A DNA stretch of 63,071 nt, counting the filler, from Vannella sp. (Eukaryota), in the NCBI GenBank assembly GCA_023345925.1. It is 5 parts of 5 records of this genome, joined end to end, with 100 filler letters (N's around TTAATTAATTAA, not from the genome) between each part and the next. Parts side by side here need not be neighbours in the genome. Positions count along the whole stretch, not along the records: positions 43,449 to 56,322 come from JAJQQN010001377.1; 4 more parts are not named here. The stretch is one strand, 5' to 3'. Position numbers and translations under genes: made by a program. A model generated the notes under the pieces. That model saw only the letters and a program-made list of their open reading frames with translations. It made no database searches and was not told where the DNA came from. This document shows, one piece after another, positions 44,777 through 56,422 of the stretch (its first letter is position 1; every line of letters starts with the position of its first letter).

Positions 44777-47074
44777 ATGGCAGGTGAGGGCGCACTTTGG
44801 GTTGCAGTCTTGCTGGTGCTGGCAGCTCTGTATGGTTGGAGAACTGATTCGTTGGATGTGGGGAGCGTAGCACCTTGTGGTACCCCTGCGCAGAGCGACT
44901 TTTATCTTCACGTGAACGAGAAATGGATGAATGACCCCGCTAACGCTATTCCTGCGGAGTACACGTCGTGGGGGAGCTTCACCGTGTTACATGATAGGTC
45001 TCTCCATAACCAAATCGGCGTATTGGAGGAGATTGTGGAAAAGGGAGCTACCAATGAGGACGAGAAGAAGATGGCCAAGCTTTGGGATGTTTCCATGTCC
45101 ACCTTTGCCCTCTGGGATGCAGAAGGAGACAAGGAAGTCCACGACCTCTCTCGCTACCAAGCAATCAGCCAGCAGCTCATCCAGCTGAGCGAGCTTCTCC
45201 CCATCTCCCCTAAGGAGGGAGACAGAGTCCTCTACTTGGCCCACACATTAGCATGGATCACTAAGAGCCAGATTGGAGGCCCTTTTGACATCGGGAGCAC
45301 CGCTGACAAGGGCAGATCAGATGATATGATCCTCTTCTTAGCCCCGACGGGATTGTCACTTTCCCAACACTACTACGCGAAGGAGGAGTTCAAGGATAAG
45401 CTTGCAAAGTTCAAGGATCACCTGAATGACGTCAGCGAGCTCTTGTCCTCTGCAGGGGTCCCTTTGGCTTCGAACTTTGCTGATCTCGTCTTCCAGTTCG
45501 AGTGCGATCTCGCTGCTTTACGGATGACCCAGGCCCAGTCGCGGCTTCATGATAAGTACTTCACTAACTCAAGGATCGATTCGTTCGCCCAGGAGATCGA
45601 CACCCTTCGATCTCTCCCTGAGAAGCTTGATAACTATCCAGAGGATCAGCGAGAGGTGCCTGCTTACAGCGAGGAGGAGAAGAAAACTCTTTCCATGTTC
45701 ATGGAAACCTTCTTGGGGGATCTGAGCATCCCTACTACCTTGGAACAGAACTTCCTTGCCAGTTACACAGCCGAAGAGCAGCTCCAACGGGATTCCAAGA
45801 GGCTCTGTGTGTACGATGGAGACTACTTCCGACGTGTGTTCCGCCTTTTGTTCTCTCCAGAGAAGTCTGATGCTCTCCGAGCGTACCTTCAATATCGAAT
45901 CATCAGTGACTCGCAGAACTTCTGCACCCGCGCTCTCAATGAGCTGTTCTTCGAGTTTTACAGTCGCACTCTCTTCGATCAGAAAGAGCAGAAGCCATAC
46001 AAGAAGCGTGCTATTGCCAGGATCAATGCCGGGTTACCAGAGTTACTGGGCAAGATCTATGTGTCCCGCTACTTTGCTGAAGAGTCAAAGGGTACCATCA
46101 ACAGTATGATTGACACTATCCTTGAGGTGATGCGAGAGTCTCTGACAGAGAATGACTGGTTAACAGCCCCTACCAAGTCAAAGGCACTTGAGAAGTTGGC
46201 CTTATTCGATCGAAAGATTGGTTTCCCAGACCGCTGGAAGGACTTTTCTGGTCTGGTGTTCGAAGAGAGTGACAGCTTGTTCGAGGTGATGACGAAATTG
46301 TCCATTTTTGACTTCCAGAAGGAGTTGATGGAGAAGATTAACGTGCCGAAGGACCGGACAGAGTGGCATATGAGTCCTCAGACTGTGAATGCTTACTATT
46401 CACCTCCAAGCAATGAGATTGTCTTTCCAGCTGCGATTCTCCAGGCCCCATTCTTCCATTCCAAGCTGGAGAGTATCGACTTTGAGTTCCCTCCACTTCC
46501 TGAGGGGTTGGACCCAGATAATTTTCGACTGGCTGTGAACATGGGTGGCATTGGATGTGTCATTGCTCATGAAATCACTCACGGTTTCGATGACCAAGGA
46601 AAGAAGTATGACGGCCACGGTAACTTGGTTGAGTGGTGGACAGAGGAGGATTCTGCTCTGTTTGTGAAGAAGACTGAACTGATGGCCAAGCAAACCGAGG
46701 TATATCAGTTCCACGATGAGTCAGAAGGCGCGAGAAAGAGCTTCTCTATGGATGCTGGGCTGACAATGGGAGAGAATCTCGCTGATCTTGGGGGTCTCTC
46801 CCTTGGGAAGAAGGCTCTTTTGAAGTCTCTTGAAGGACAACCAGAACACCACATCAAATTCTGCTTAGAAGGCTTCCTACGCTCTTGGGCAGCCATTTGG
46901 AGGATGAACATATCCTCCTCATTGAAGGCTTCTCGCCTCTCCTCCGACCCACACGGACCCCACGACTTCCGCACCAACCTCGTCCGCAATCTCGACGAAT
47001 TCTACCAAGTATTTGACGTCCAAGAAGACGATGGAATGTTCCTTCCTCCCAACCAGCGCCTCGTAATGTGGTAA
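44777..47074 (+). CDS. M13-family zinc metalloendopeptidase (neprilysin/ECE/PepO-like)
   Basis: DFYLHVNEKW, KIGFPDRW, VNAYYSP, NEIVFPAAILQAPFF, HEITH, GENLADLGG, DPHGP. Hydrophobic N-terminus; no introns seen. Confidence 0.95.
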   Translation: MAGEGALWVAVLLVLAALYGWRTDSLDVGSVAPCGTPAQSDFYLHVNEKWMNDPANAIPAEYTSWGSFTVLHDRSLHNQIGVLEEIVEKGATNEDEKKMAKLWDVSMSTFALWDAEGDKEVHDLSRYQAISQQLIQLSELLPISPKEGDRVLYLAHTLAWITKSQIGGPFDIGSTADKGRSDDMILFLAPTGLSLSQHYYAKEEFKDKLAKFKDHLNDVSELLSSAGVPLASNFADLVFQFECDLAALRMTQAQSRLHDKYFTNSRIDSFAQEIDTLRSLPEKLDNYPEDQREVPAYSEEEKKTLSMFMETFLGDLSIPTTLEQNFLASYTAEEQLQRDSKRLCVYDGDYFRRVFRLLFSPEKSDALRAYLQYRIISDSQNFCTRALNELFFEFYSRTLFDQKEQKPYKKRAIARINAGLPELLGKIYVSRYFAEESKGTINSMIDTILEVMRESLTENDWLTAPTKSKALEKLALFDRKIGFPDRWKDFSGLVFEESDSLFEVMTKLSIFDFQKELMEKINVPKDRTEWHMSPQTVNAYYSPPSNEIVFPAAILQAPFFHSKLESIDFEFPPLPEGLDPDNFRLAVNMGGIGCVIAHEITHGFDDQGKKYDGHGNLVEWWTEEDSALFVKKTELMAKQTEVYQFHDESEGARKSFSMDAGLTMGENLADLGGLSLGKKALLKSLEGQPEHHIKFCLEGFLRSWAAIWRMNISSSLKASRLSSDPHGPHDFRTNLVRNLDEFYQVFDVQEDDGMFLPPNQRLVMW

Positions 47075-47161
47075 ATATTATTACTTCATTATGATGGATC
47101 TATCTTCCAGATTAGGCAGTTTTCGTTCGGCCCATTTCACCTCGGCTCTGTCTGGTGGCAG

Positions 47162-49289
47162 ATGGCGACGAGTGGCTTGGTACAGATAGAGGTGAACTGG
47201 GTGGGGTGGATGTGGTGCTGGGAGCTGATGGGAGCTGTAGGTGGAGCTTCCTGATGGAAGTCTTGTCGCTTTGTCCTATCCTGACCGTACGACCGTGGAT
47301 ACCATTAAGGTAGGCCTTCTTTCGTGCTTTTGGTTGCATAGTACGACAAAGGAAGCTTACACTTCCACCTAGGCTCAGCTATTTAAGAAGCAGGACTCTC
47401 TCAAGTCAACAGAGCCGTCGACGTACATCTTCCAGATCAAGCCGGTGGAGGTACGCTCTTGCTCCTTGCTGATCTCCATTCTCACATGTATGAAGGACAA
47501 CGATCTCATCGCTGTGGAGTTCATCCGGTTGCTGGCTCTTCCAAAGCTTCGGGCAACACACGAACGAGGGGAGACGATCTGTTTGAAGCTCATCACGCGC
47601 AAAGAGTCAACACGCTTGACCCTACCGTCGATGAAGCCCAGCGTGGTCTTCAGCCCGCCTTCCTCTCCTGGAGCGCCTTCTTCTCCCTCTGAGAGCCGAG
47701 AGCAGTTTGAACGGATGTTAGCATCACCCAACAAGAACCGCAAGGAGTCCAAAGAGGATGTGGCCTTGAGGAGCTCTCGGACGATGTCAGACAAGTCTAA
47801 GAAGGAAGAGGCGACGCGAAAGTCGAACCATCGCCGCTCTACGACTGTTACGGGATCAGGGAGGTTCTTAGGAGTCTTCTTTAATGGGAGTAGAAGCAAC
47901 TCACGAGAGGACTTGACCCTGCTTGGTGTAGCCTCCGACTCTGAGATCTCAGAGAGCGAATACGAGGAGGATTGGGTGGATGTGAGCCACCCTTCGATGA
48001 AACACGTCCCTCTACTCACATACGGACAGGAGTCAGAGTCTACACTCATCGCACCAAAGCAATTCGCCTTCCACACTGAAGTGGGTGACCGCAACCTCGC
48101 CGCGAGCAAGTTTGTACCTGAAAACTTCGAGCTCAAGATCCCCCTTCAAGTCAACCTGTACGAGATGTTCGTTTCAAAGGAAGGTAAGTACCATAGAGCC
48201 CTACTTCAAGTGCGAGCGGCCCCATTCTCACACCGGCAAAGTGCATTCCAACTATTTGGGTCATTTGGAGGGTGCTGGACCAGTGGCAATATCCTTCTGT
48301 GAAGAGAAGAAGCTCACTCGTATCCTCATTCGGTCTCCGGAAGAGACAGAGCACTTTATTCAACTTCATGACAAGTCTTCGCCCATCTCTTTGAAGGTGA
48401 TGCTGAGCAAGTCCAAGCACGATATATCCCGCAAAGTCCTTCGAAAGGTCCGAAGCCCCAAACTGGTTGCTGATTTGGTCCGATTCGATGATAGTCACTT
48501 GGTCCGGAACTACAAATTTGGTGTTTTGTACTGCAAAGAAGGCCAGACTACCGAAGACGAGTGGTTTGGGAATGGTAAGATGCTTTGAGGTCTCTTCATG
48601 TACCGCTAACGAGGGAGACAGAGCATGGAAGTCCAGAGTTTGATGAATTCTTGTCGATTTTGGGAGACCGCATCCCGTTACAGGGTTGGGACAAGTTCCG
48701 TGGTGGACTTGACGTGCAAGGGGGAACAACAGGGAAGGAATCAGTGTTCTTGGAGCACCGCTCGCAGCAGATAATGTATCACGTCTCCACGTTACTGCCT
48801 TTCATGGAAGCAGACGAGCAGAAGATCGAGCGAAAACGACACATTGGAAACGACATTGTTGTTGTCATCTTCGCAGAGGGCAACTTCGTGTTCACTCCCC
48901 AAATATGCAAGTCAGTCTTCAATCGTATGTTGTTTCAAGTCACTTTTCGCTCCCTTCTCACTCTCCATTCCTGGATGCAGATACCTATATTGTTGTGAAG
49001 AAGGACCTTCATACTCCTGATACGTATGAAGTTGGCGTCACCATCAAGGATGGAGTGAAACGCTTCGGTCCCTCATTCCCCTTTCCCGCTCTCATTCACA
49101 AGAGCATTCTCCGTCAGTTCCTGGTGACGAAGAGTGAGTTGTACGGTTGATTGGGAAGCTTCTGACCTTCTCTATGCAGTGCTGAATGCTGAATGGGCGG
49201 CGTATGCGTGTATTGAGTTCTCTCACAAGTTCAAACGGACACGGAAGATGCAGTTGACCACTCTCCTGAAAGACTACGAAGACCAGTAG
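47162..49289 (+). CDS. Rap/Ran-GAP domain protein with N-terminal extension, spliced
   Basis: YKFGVLY, FDEFLSILG, FRGGLDV, IMYHVSTLLP, RKRHIGNDIVVVIF. First exon MATSGLVQIE. Confidence 0.85.
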
Positions 49290-49364
49290 CTTGTGTAGAC
49301 CCTCCTTGCTCGTGGCTACCGGCCAGTGTACTCTACTTTGCCTTAAACTTGCATTTCTTGCTGG

Positions 49365-50630
49365 ATGGACGACCGCGTAGTCGACTTGCTGGGTTGGTTG
49401 ACAAGACTGGGTGCTCGTGGGGTATCGCAGCTGGAAGTAAGGACAAGCACCATTCCTAATGCAGGGAACGGTGTGTTCACGAGCGAGCGCGTGGAACCGG
49501 GCGGTTTGTTGGTTGCCATCCCTCAGGCGGCGGTGATGACTGCTTGTAAGGCTTGGCAACGGCCTGCAGGGAAAGCTATTGCTTCAATGAATGCTTCAGG
49601 AGCCCAACCACCGGACGAACTGGTCCTCTGGCTGGATATGGCGGTGGGGCGGTTTGATGTCGATCATCCTCACCATTTCTTTCTTCGTAGTCTGCCGGAC
49701 GAGGAGCCTACTGCTGTTGGTTGGCCTCAAGAAGTGCGAAAGCTTCTTTCTGGTACCAATCTGGGAGCTGCAGTGGAGGAGGCGAGGCAGCACTTCGATG
49801 ACTTGTATCAAGACTTTGTCGTTCCCCTCCAGGCAGCTCATCCTGACCTTCTAAGGGTAAACCAAGGCAGTAAAAGTGTATCAACTAAGATCATAGGCCA
49901 AGCAGAGGTCGCTTGGGCCCGTGGAATGTACTATTCTCGGCGGTTTCCTTCTCAACTGGCCACTACTTCCGGGGAAGGCGCTACGAACCAGCAAAACGGA
50001 GAGCTGGGAGTGATGCTACCACTCCTGGATGTCCTAAACCATCGACTGTTCGACGAGATGGACTGTAACACGGACAAAATCCACTGGGAAGCGACGGAGT
50101 CCGAAGTATCTTTCCGAGCATCATCCCACGGGCTCTCTGCAGGGGCGGAATGCTTCAACAGTTACGGTAGGAAGGGTAATGAGGAGCTTCTCAACCTCTA
50201 CGGGTTCGCCATTCCGGAGAACGAGCAAGAGACTTACGGTTTGGCACTCACTCTGGCACTGGCTCCTGGTCCAGATGGTGTCACAGAGAGAGTCCGATTG
50301 GGCCCGTTCTACATCCGAAGGGCGTCGAAAGGCGTTGATGAACGCGAGAGATATCCTCAATTCCCCACTGCCCTTTGGACTGCTTTGGGCGGGGAAGGCG
50401 TTGATCCATCAGATCCGGATGAAGAGGATGTTGAGGTCCTCTTAGCAACTCTCGAGCACCGTCTTGCTGCGTTCACAGCAACATCAGAGAGAGATACGCA
50501 CTTTGCCTCCTCCCCCCTCGATGGTTCCTTCGACCCTCGTTTGATTTACGTGGCTCGGTATCGTGATTCCCAACGTCTCGTGTTAGAAGAAGCAGTAGCT
50601 GAACTCCATCGTCTCCTCTCTTCCTTCTAA
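49365..50630 (+). CDS. SET-domain lysine methyltransferase (Rubisco LSMT/SETD6-like)
   Basis: AGNGVFT, WARGMYYSRRF, MLPLLDVLNH, ECFNSYGRKGNEELLNLYGF. Confidence 0.85.
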   Translation: MDDRVVDLLGWLTRLGARGVSQLEVRTSTIPNAGNGVFTSERVEPGGLLVAIPQAAVMTACKAWQRPAGKAIASMNASGAQPPDELVLWLDMAVGRFDVDHPHHFFLRSLPDEEPTAVGWPQEVRKLLSGTNLGAAVEEARQHFDDLYQDFVVPLQAAHPDLLRVNQGSKSVSTKIIGQAEVAWARGMYYSRRFPSQLATTSGEGATNQQNGELGVMLPLLDVLNHRLFDEMDCNTDKIHWEATESEVSFRASSHGLSAGAECFNSYGRKGNEELLNLYGFAIPENEQETYGLALTLALAPGPDGVTERVRLGPFYIRRASKGVDERERYPQFPTALWTALGGEGVDPSDPDEEDVEVLLATLEHRLAAFTATSERDTHFASSPLDGSFDPRLIYVARYRDSQRLVLEEAVAELHRLLSSF

Positions 50631-50785
50631 AAGCAAGAGAAACCAAAAACCAAATAGTGACTTGGACAAACATCGCTGTACAAGAGACTGAGCTTGTACT
50701 AGAGCGTTCTATTGCTCGTTTTTGTACGTGTTAAGGCCTCTATAGAGGAGAGGAAAGGGCATTCTTTGGGAGCCTTTCCGTGGGA

Positions 50786-51895
50786 ATGGCGTTCAGAGGC
50801 GTTTGCTCGCCCTCTGCCTTTGTGTTGGATCGGGAGGGCGCTTTGTGGGGCTTTGGAATGAACGAATATGGTCTGCTTGGTATTGGTGTGGTGGGGACGC
50901 CTCTCCAACCCACACTGGTGCCATATAATGGGGCGCGAGTGGTCTCTGTGGTGATTGGGAGCGATCACTCCGCCCTCTTGAACTGCGAAGGAGACGTGTT
51001 CGATGCAGGTTCTACTATGGAAGGAGAGATGCCTCACACTATCTTTACGAGGGTCAAAGGTCTGCCAGCCTTCATTGTCGCCATCGCCACTTCCCGTCAT
51101 CACACTGTAGCTCTGGATGACTGTGGCCTCCTTTGGTTATGGACATCTGCTGCAAAGGGTGCTGAGATTGCTCGCAGAGCCTTGGGAACCACCTTCCAGC
51201 CTCAAGGTGGACCTCAGCGGATCCCCAACATCCCATTAGTTCGGAGTGTGGCGTGTGGAGCCAACTTTACACTCTTTGAAACAGAGCAAGGAGGTCTATG
51301 GTCTTTTGGATACAATGATAGTGGCCAACTGGGCTTGGGGCACAGCAGAAAAGCCGCAAAACCATCTCCCGTTGTCATTGATGGACTATCTGAGGGTCCA
51401 GCACGGGCGATAGCAGCGGGTTCTTTCTTCTCTGTAGTTCTTGATGTTCACGGGCATTGCTGGACGTGCGGACAAAACCTCTCTGGCCAGCTGGGGCGGA
51501 ATAAGAGTGGACAATCCAACCAACTTTTCCACCGAATCGACCTTCCCCCTTCACGGCTGATAGCTGTAGGGAGTGAACATGCTCTAGCTCAAGATGAAGA
51601 AGGAGAAGTGCGTGGCTGGGGCCTTGCTAGTGAAGGGCAGCTGGTATTGGGGGGAGTGAGTTCTATTCCCAATCCCACCATCATTCCCTCCCTCCGCCAT
51701 GCTATCGCCCTCAACGCTGGTTTTCATTCCTCGTCTGCTATTTCAGCTGATGGCGATCTTCTTGTCTTTGGTTCGAACATCAACAGCCAATTGGGCATGA
51801 AAACGCCAAACGCATTTCCGGCTCTTTTCTCTATCAAGCCTGCTCTTCCTATCAGCCGCGCAAAGAACGCACGTTCAACAATATCTATCGATTAA
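50786..51895 (+). CDS. RCC1-repeat beta-propeller protein
   Basis: Repeated WxFGxNxxGQLG and VACGANFT motifs; C-terminal AKNAR. The 5' end is uncertain because the first blade starts just upstream of the first ATG. Confidence 0.85.
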   Translation: MAFRGVCSPSAFVLDREGALWGFGMNEYGLLGIGVVGTPLQPTLVPYNGARVVSVVIGSDHSALLNCEGDVFDAGSTMEGEMPHTIFTRVKGLPAFIVAIATSRHHTVALDDCGLLWLWTSAAKGAEIARRALGTTFQPQGGPQRIPNIPLVRSVACGANFTLFETEQGGLWSFGYNDSGQLGLGHSRKAAKPSPVVIDGLSEGPARAIAAGSFFSVVLDVHGHCWTCGQNLSGQLGRNKSGQSNQLFHRIDLPPSRLIAVGSEHALAQDEEGEVRGWGLASEGQLVLGGVSSIPNPTIIPSLRHAIALNAGFHSSSAISADGDLLVFGSNINSQLGMKTPNAFPALFSIKPALPISRAKNARSTISID

Positions 51896-52101
51896 GACAC
51901 ACTCTAGAGCCATTCTCCAGTCCCTTACAGATTTACCATTACGATTGCTCTCCGTGAGACGTCCACTCGCAGCCATGGACTCCATGAGGATCATGGCATA
52001 GTATTCTTAAGCCTATGGGATTCACAATTTGCACTAAAGGAGAACTCCTCTCGTCGCATCAGGCTGACCAATGAGAGCGCCCGCCGGACAAGATAGCGTT
52101 A

Positions 52102-52139
52102 GAGGGGTCAGATTGGTCCGATGACCAACCTGACCTCTC
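52102..52139. repeat. 17-bp near-perfect inverted repeat with a 4-nt loop
   Basis: GAGGGGTCAGATTGGTC-CGAT-GACCAACCTGACCTCTC (one A-C mismatch, one G-U pair). Confidence 0.85.
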
Positions 52140-52328
52140 CACCTCCATCCCTAAGCACTATATCAAACACAAATCCCTGGATGAAGCCAAGATATGGATC
52201 CAAGTCACTTGTCGGTCCCAAACGGGTGTTGAGTCGGCTGGCAGGTCAAAACAAGAAGTATTGGGATATGAAAAGGGAAACTGAAGGGAATAGAATTGAT
52301 GAAGCGGCCGGGAAATCATTCTTTTTTG

Positions 52329-53639
52329 ATGTTTCGGGGACGAAGTGCGCTTGCCGGGCTCAGTGTGGTGGGAAGGGCTCCCGTGTTGTTGGAGAGTGTG
52401 CGGGAGATGAGTAATACGATCCAACGACTGCGGAACTCGTCGCGGGGGAAGAACTGGGACCGCTGGTACGAGAACTTCAAGACCTTTGATACTTACTACC
52501 ACGAGGATCCCACCCACGTCCGCTGGTTCCCTAAAGAGATCCGCCAAGAGGGCAAGGTGCTGGAAGCACGTCTCTACCAACGTCTCTTTGATTCTAACCC
52601 GGAGGAGATCAACTTTCAACGTGCCTGTGCTGCTGTAGACACCATCCGCTTGGACCACGGTGTGGACCCGCAAAGCTGGATGTACGCGGGTGTTCTCCTT
52701 CAACTGGGAGAGACAACAGACCTCTACTTCATGTCTTACTTCTGGAAGCAACTGCGCCAGAACCGCGCGGTTAAGCTGGAAGCAAACGCCTTCAATGCGA
52801 TGGTGCGCGCTCTAGCGAAGAACGTGGACGTGGAGGGAGCTCAGTATGTGATTGAGGAGATGCGTGGTGAAGGTATTGAAGTGAACGCCAACACATACAA
52901 CCAGCTCTGCACCTTTGACCGCCCCAGCTTGTACTATATGGAAGCCATCATGGAGACGCTCGATCTCAAGCAGATCAAGCCCAATCCTGACACGTACACG
53001 CTCATGATTGACACGTACGTTCGCGAACTCGACTTTGTCAATGCCAACAAGAGCTTCAACTCGATCATTGACAACGGCCTGCACCCGCACATCCACGCTT
53101 ACGACTCCATCGTCAACAGTCGCTGCCGTGCGGAGGCTCCGGAAGAGGCAAGGGGCATTATCGAGCATATGCATGAGGAGAAGCCTTATGGAGTGTCCCC
53201 CACAACCTCCACGTACAACGTTCTCCTTCGCTACTTCGATTCTCATGGTCGAGATGGCGATGCGGACGAGCTGATCAAGCTAATGAAGGAGCGCGGTGTG
53301 CGCATCAACGTGGAGTCGTACAATTGTCTCCTTCGCTCCAAGTACAACGCTGGGAAGGCTACAGAGGCTGTCAATCTCTTCGAGAACTTCCCTTATCGTC
53401 GTAACGAAGGGACTTACGCCACTGCCATCGACTCTTGCGTGCAGTCTGGTCAGTACGACAAGGCTGTGACACTCCACGAGCGTATGAAGGCTCGTGGATA
53501 CATTTACAACGAGCGCACGGCGTTGCCAACGTACATTGACCCTCTGCCGATGGTCTACCCTCGCCGTCCTGACTATTGGGAGGTCTGCGGCGACCACCAC
53601 ATGACCTGGGACCGTGCCATCTCCTTTGACAAGGTATAG
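52329..53639 (+). CDS. Pentatricopeptide-repeat (PPR) protein, probably mitochondrial
   Basis: Repeats of about 35 aa (NAFNAMVRAL, NTYNQL, DTYTLMIDTY, STYNVLLRYF, ESYNCLL, GTYATAIDSC). Arg/Ser/Leu-rich N-terminus from ATG 52329. Confidence 0.9.
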   Translation: MFRGRSALAGLSVVGRAPVLLESVREMSNTIQRLRNSSRGKNWDRWYENFKTFDTYYHEDPTHVRWFPKEIRQEGKVLEARLYQRLFDSNPEEINFQRACAAVDTIRLDHGVDPQSWMYAGVLLQLGETTDLYFMSYFWKQLRQNRAVKLEANAFNAMVRALAKNVDVEGAQYVIEEMRGEGIEVNANTYNQLCTFDRPSLYYMEAIMETLDLKQIKPNPDTYTLMIDTYVRELDFVNANKSFNSIIDNGLHPHIHAYDSIVNSRCRAEAPEEARGIIEHMHEEKPYGVSPTTSTYNVLLRYFDSHGRDGDADELIKLMKERGVRINVESYNCLLRSKYNAGKATEAVNLFENFPYRRNEGTYATAIDSCVQSGQYDKAVTLHERMKARGYIYNERTALPTYIDPLPMVYPRRPDYWEVCGDHHMTWDRAISFDKV

Positions 53640-53685
53640 CTTCCTTCCCATTCACTGATCAATACACGAAGAGAACCTCCAAGCT

Positions 53686-55757
53686 TTAAGCGATCAATTG
53701 GAGGGTCCCCGCCTTCTCCAGCTCCATCCGGCACGTCTCATTCGCCACAAGGACGTTAAAGATCTTCGCAGAGAGCGAGACGATGCTCTTGTGACGCGAG
53801 TAGATCTTCATATTCCTTGTTAGGACAGGGACAATGTGATACGCCACTTTCGACAGCACGGCAATCACTGTCTCCGCATCGGAGCGTTCCAAACACCCGT
53901 AGAAGATGTTAACCACATTCTAGTGACCCGTTAGATCTCTCAGAGCCCTGGGAAGTGACGCATTGGGGCGTACATGGCAGATATGGACATCTTGTGAGTA
54001 CAAGCGAAGGACCTCTGCCAACGTGTAGAATGTCTTGGGAGACTCCAAGATGGCCAAAGCTGGATGGGAATTAGTTTGAAAGGATGGAAAGAAGCTCAGG
54101 GAACCTACAAGTGGGAGTCCCAATCCACACGAAGAGTGCCAGCACCGGGATGACTGCGCTAATGAGACTCGCATTCTCTTCAAAATGGGCGCCTGTGAAG
54201 CGGGATTGGACCGTTTCACGGATACCTCCTATCACACTGGAGCTAATTGGAGTCAGATACTCTTCACTGCGAGGGCTGTGATTGATAAAGTAGAAGATGT
54301 GAGCCACTTGAGTGCAGATTTGCTCGTCTCCTGGCCATTGATTGTAAAGGTTCCCGATATGAGGCATCTAAGACACATAAGTTATAGAATGGAGATGGGG
54401 CGATGCCTTACGATCTCATCTGTAAAGGATTCCACCCCGAGATTCTGTGCGATGGTGGCTAAAGAGCCAGTAATGTACAGGACAAGCTCACGGCAGCCCA
54501 CCTCATGCTCTCCAAGAATTGCCAATAAGTCAGTGTAAACAGGAATGACTCGGTTGGCAAGGTCTTTCTTCTCTTGAGTCCGTCCTGCGCTGGCTTCCCA
54601 GAGGGAGTGAGTGACTTTTCTATTTTCACTTAGAGAGAGGACTCACGTTGAGAGAAAAAGGAGAAATAAGGCAAAAGAAGAAGGAGACAGGATTGTCTGG
54701 CTTCTCTATGAAACTCAGGAGTTGCAAAGCGGATCTGGTCGAAGCAGAATTGGTCGGCTTTCTCTCGATAAAGCACTTCTTGGAAGCCTGGAAGGTCTGC
54801 AAGCTTACCAAAAATGCCGCACACTATATTCCAGAAAGCATTAGTTGCTACTTGGAGCTTAGAATCGAGAAGGCGCCTACTAATCGCAAGAAACCTAACT
54901 GGCAGCTTCGGACATTGTTCCACACGATATCGCGCGGCCGCTGTCAATTTTGTGACAAAACCGCTTTCCAAGAGAACACTTGGTTCATTCAAGTCGTTCA
55001 ACAGCCACTCGTACAGCTCGATGGAGGCTTCCAACCAAACCGCCGGCTCCTCCGAGTCACTAATTAACTTTGTCCATTCCCCAATATTGGGGCTGACGAG
55101 AGTCTTCTTGCGTGTCTCAATGTGAGAGTCTTTGGCTAACTTGTCAGTGTCCAAAGCCTTCTGTTTCAGAAGCATTGTCTCGCTTTGGTACGTGAAAGAG
55201 ACGCGGATCTCTCCAGAAACCACGTCCTGATCGTTACGGGACTCAAGCTTGTACCAACTATCTATGGTGATTCCTTCTTCTAATTGAGAGGGATTCAAGC
55301 GGATGTGGCCCCTAAACAAGAGCGTCAACCCCCCAACTTCGTCCAACTTCGGCCTCCACTCACATGTATCCGTCTGCGGAGGACTTGTCTCGACTCCAGA
55401 CCTCTACAATGAACTCTGCATTCAGATTCCCCGGCGCTTCACTGTCCATTCGGATCAGAAGAGGAGGAAAGTCGGAAAGCCCCTTACAACTCCTTGTCTT
55501 TGGAGAGCCACTGAGGGTTGAGGCTCCTCTCCACAACCAAAGAGCGTTGTGGCTCTGTGACGTGCTCGTTTTGATCCATCCACCTGCCTTTGCCGTCCAC
55601 ATAGCCGAAGACACAGTACGGATCCGATGTGCCGTTGCTCCCTTTCACAGCAAGATTGCGCCCCTCCCAGGCTTCCCCCCACTCTCTGTCACTTCTCCAA
55701 CCATCCAACTAAAGGGAGCTCTCACTCACTCTTCATCGTGAAGGTGCTGCCTGGCAT
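53686..55757 (-). CDS. C2-domain protein with ARM/HEAT-like C-terminal region, multi-exon
   Basis: EGRNLAVKGSNGTSDPYC, SLNPQW, VEVWSRD, DSWYKL...VSGEIRV, followed by helical-repeat exons. Confidence 0.7.
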
Positions 55758-55819
55758 CTTCCCCCGTCCCTTTCAAATGAATTCATTTTCAATGTTTTCA
55801 TCCTTTCCAGTTTCACAAT

Positions 55820-56322
55820 TTAGTCGTCTTCAGCTTCGTCCTCTGGCTCATCCTCGGGTTCGTCCTCGGGTTCGTCCTCTGGTTCGTCCTCAGGTTCGTC
55901 CTCAGCTTCGTCCTCAGGTTCGTCCTCAGGTACGTCCTCAGGTTCGTCCTCAGGTTCAGGTTCATCCTCAGGCTCATCCTCGGGTTCGTCCTCAGCTTCG
56001 TCCTCAGGCTCATCCTCGGGTTCGTCCTCAGGCTCTGGTTCATCCTCAGGTTCGTCCTCAGGCTCTGGTTCATCCTCAGGTTCAGGTTCATCCTCAGGTT
56101 CGGCCTCAGGCTCTGGTTCATCCTCCGGTTCGTCCTCAGGCTCTGGTTCGTCTTCAGGTTCTGGTTCATCCTCGGGTTCAGGTTCACCCTCAGGTTCTGG
56201 TTCGTCTTCAGGTTCGCCCTCAGGCTCTGGTTCATCCTCGGGTTCGTCCTCAGGTTCGTCCTCAGGCTCTGGTTCATCCTCAGGTTCGTCCTCAGGCTCT
56301 GGTTCGTCCTCAGGTTCTGGTT
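55820..56322 (-). CDS. C-terminus of a Glu/Pro/Asp tandem-repeat protein ([10 protein letters not shown]...), 5'-truncated
   Basis: The minus-strand frame reads GAA CCT GAG GAY repeats and ends EDEAEDD-TAA (55820). The ORF track missed it because no ATG precedes the gap. Confidence 0.7.
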
Positions 56323-56422
56323 NNNNNNNNNNNNNNNNNNNNNNNNNNNNNNNNNNNNNNNNNNNNTTAATTAATTAANNNNNNNNNNNNNNNNNNNNNN
56401 NNNNNNNNNNNNNNNNNNNNNN
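56323..56422. other. Artificial contig-joining spacer
   Basis: 44 N + TTAATTAATTAA + 44 N. Confidence 0.98.

Noticed and set aside
37144..50630. Apparent clustering of RapGAP and SET genes
   Set aside because: The copies lie on different concatenated contigs, so their proximity is not biological.
55627..56370. ORF-track proteins rich in VRPQ (plus strand) and MNQSLRTNL (minus strand)
   Set aside because: These are alternative-frame shadows of the EPED repeat.
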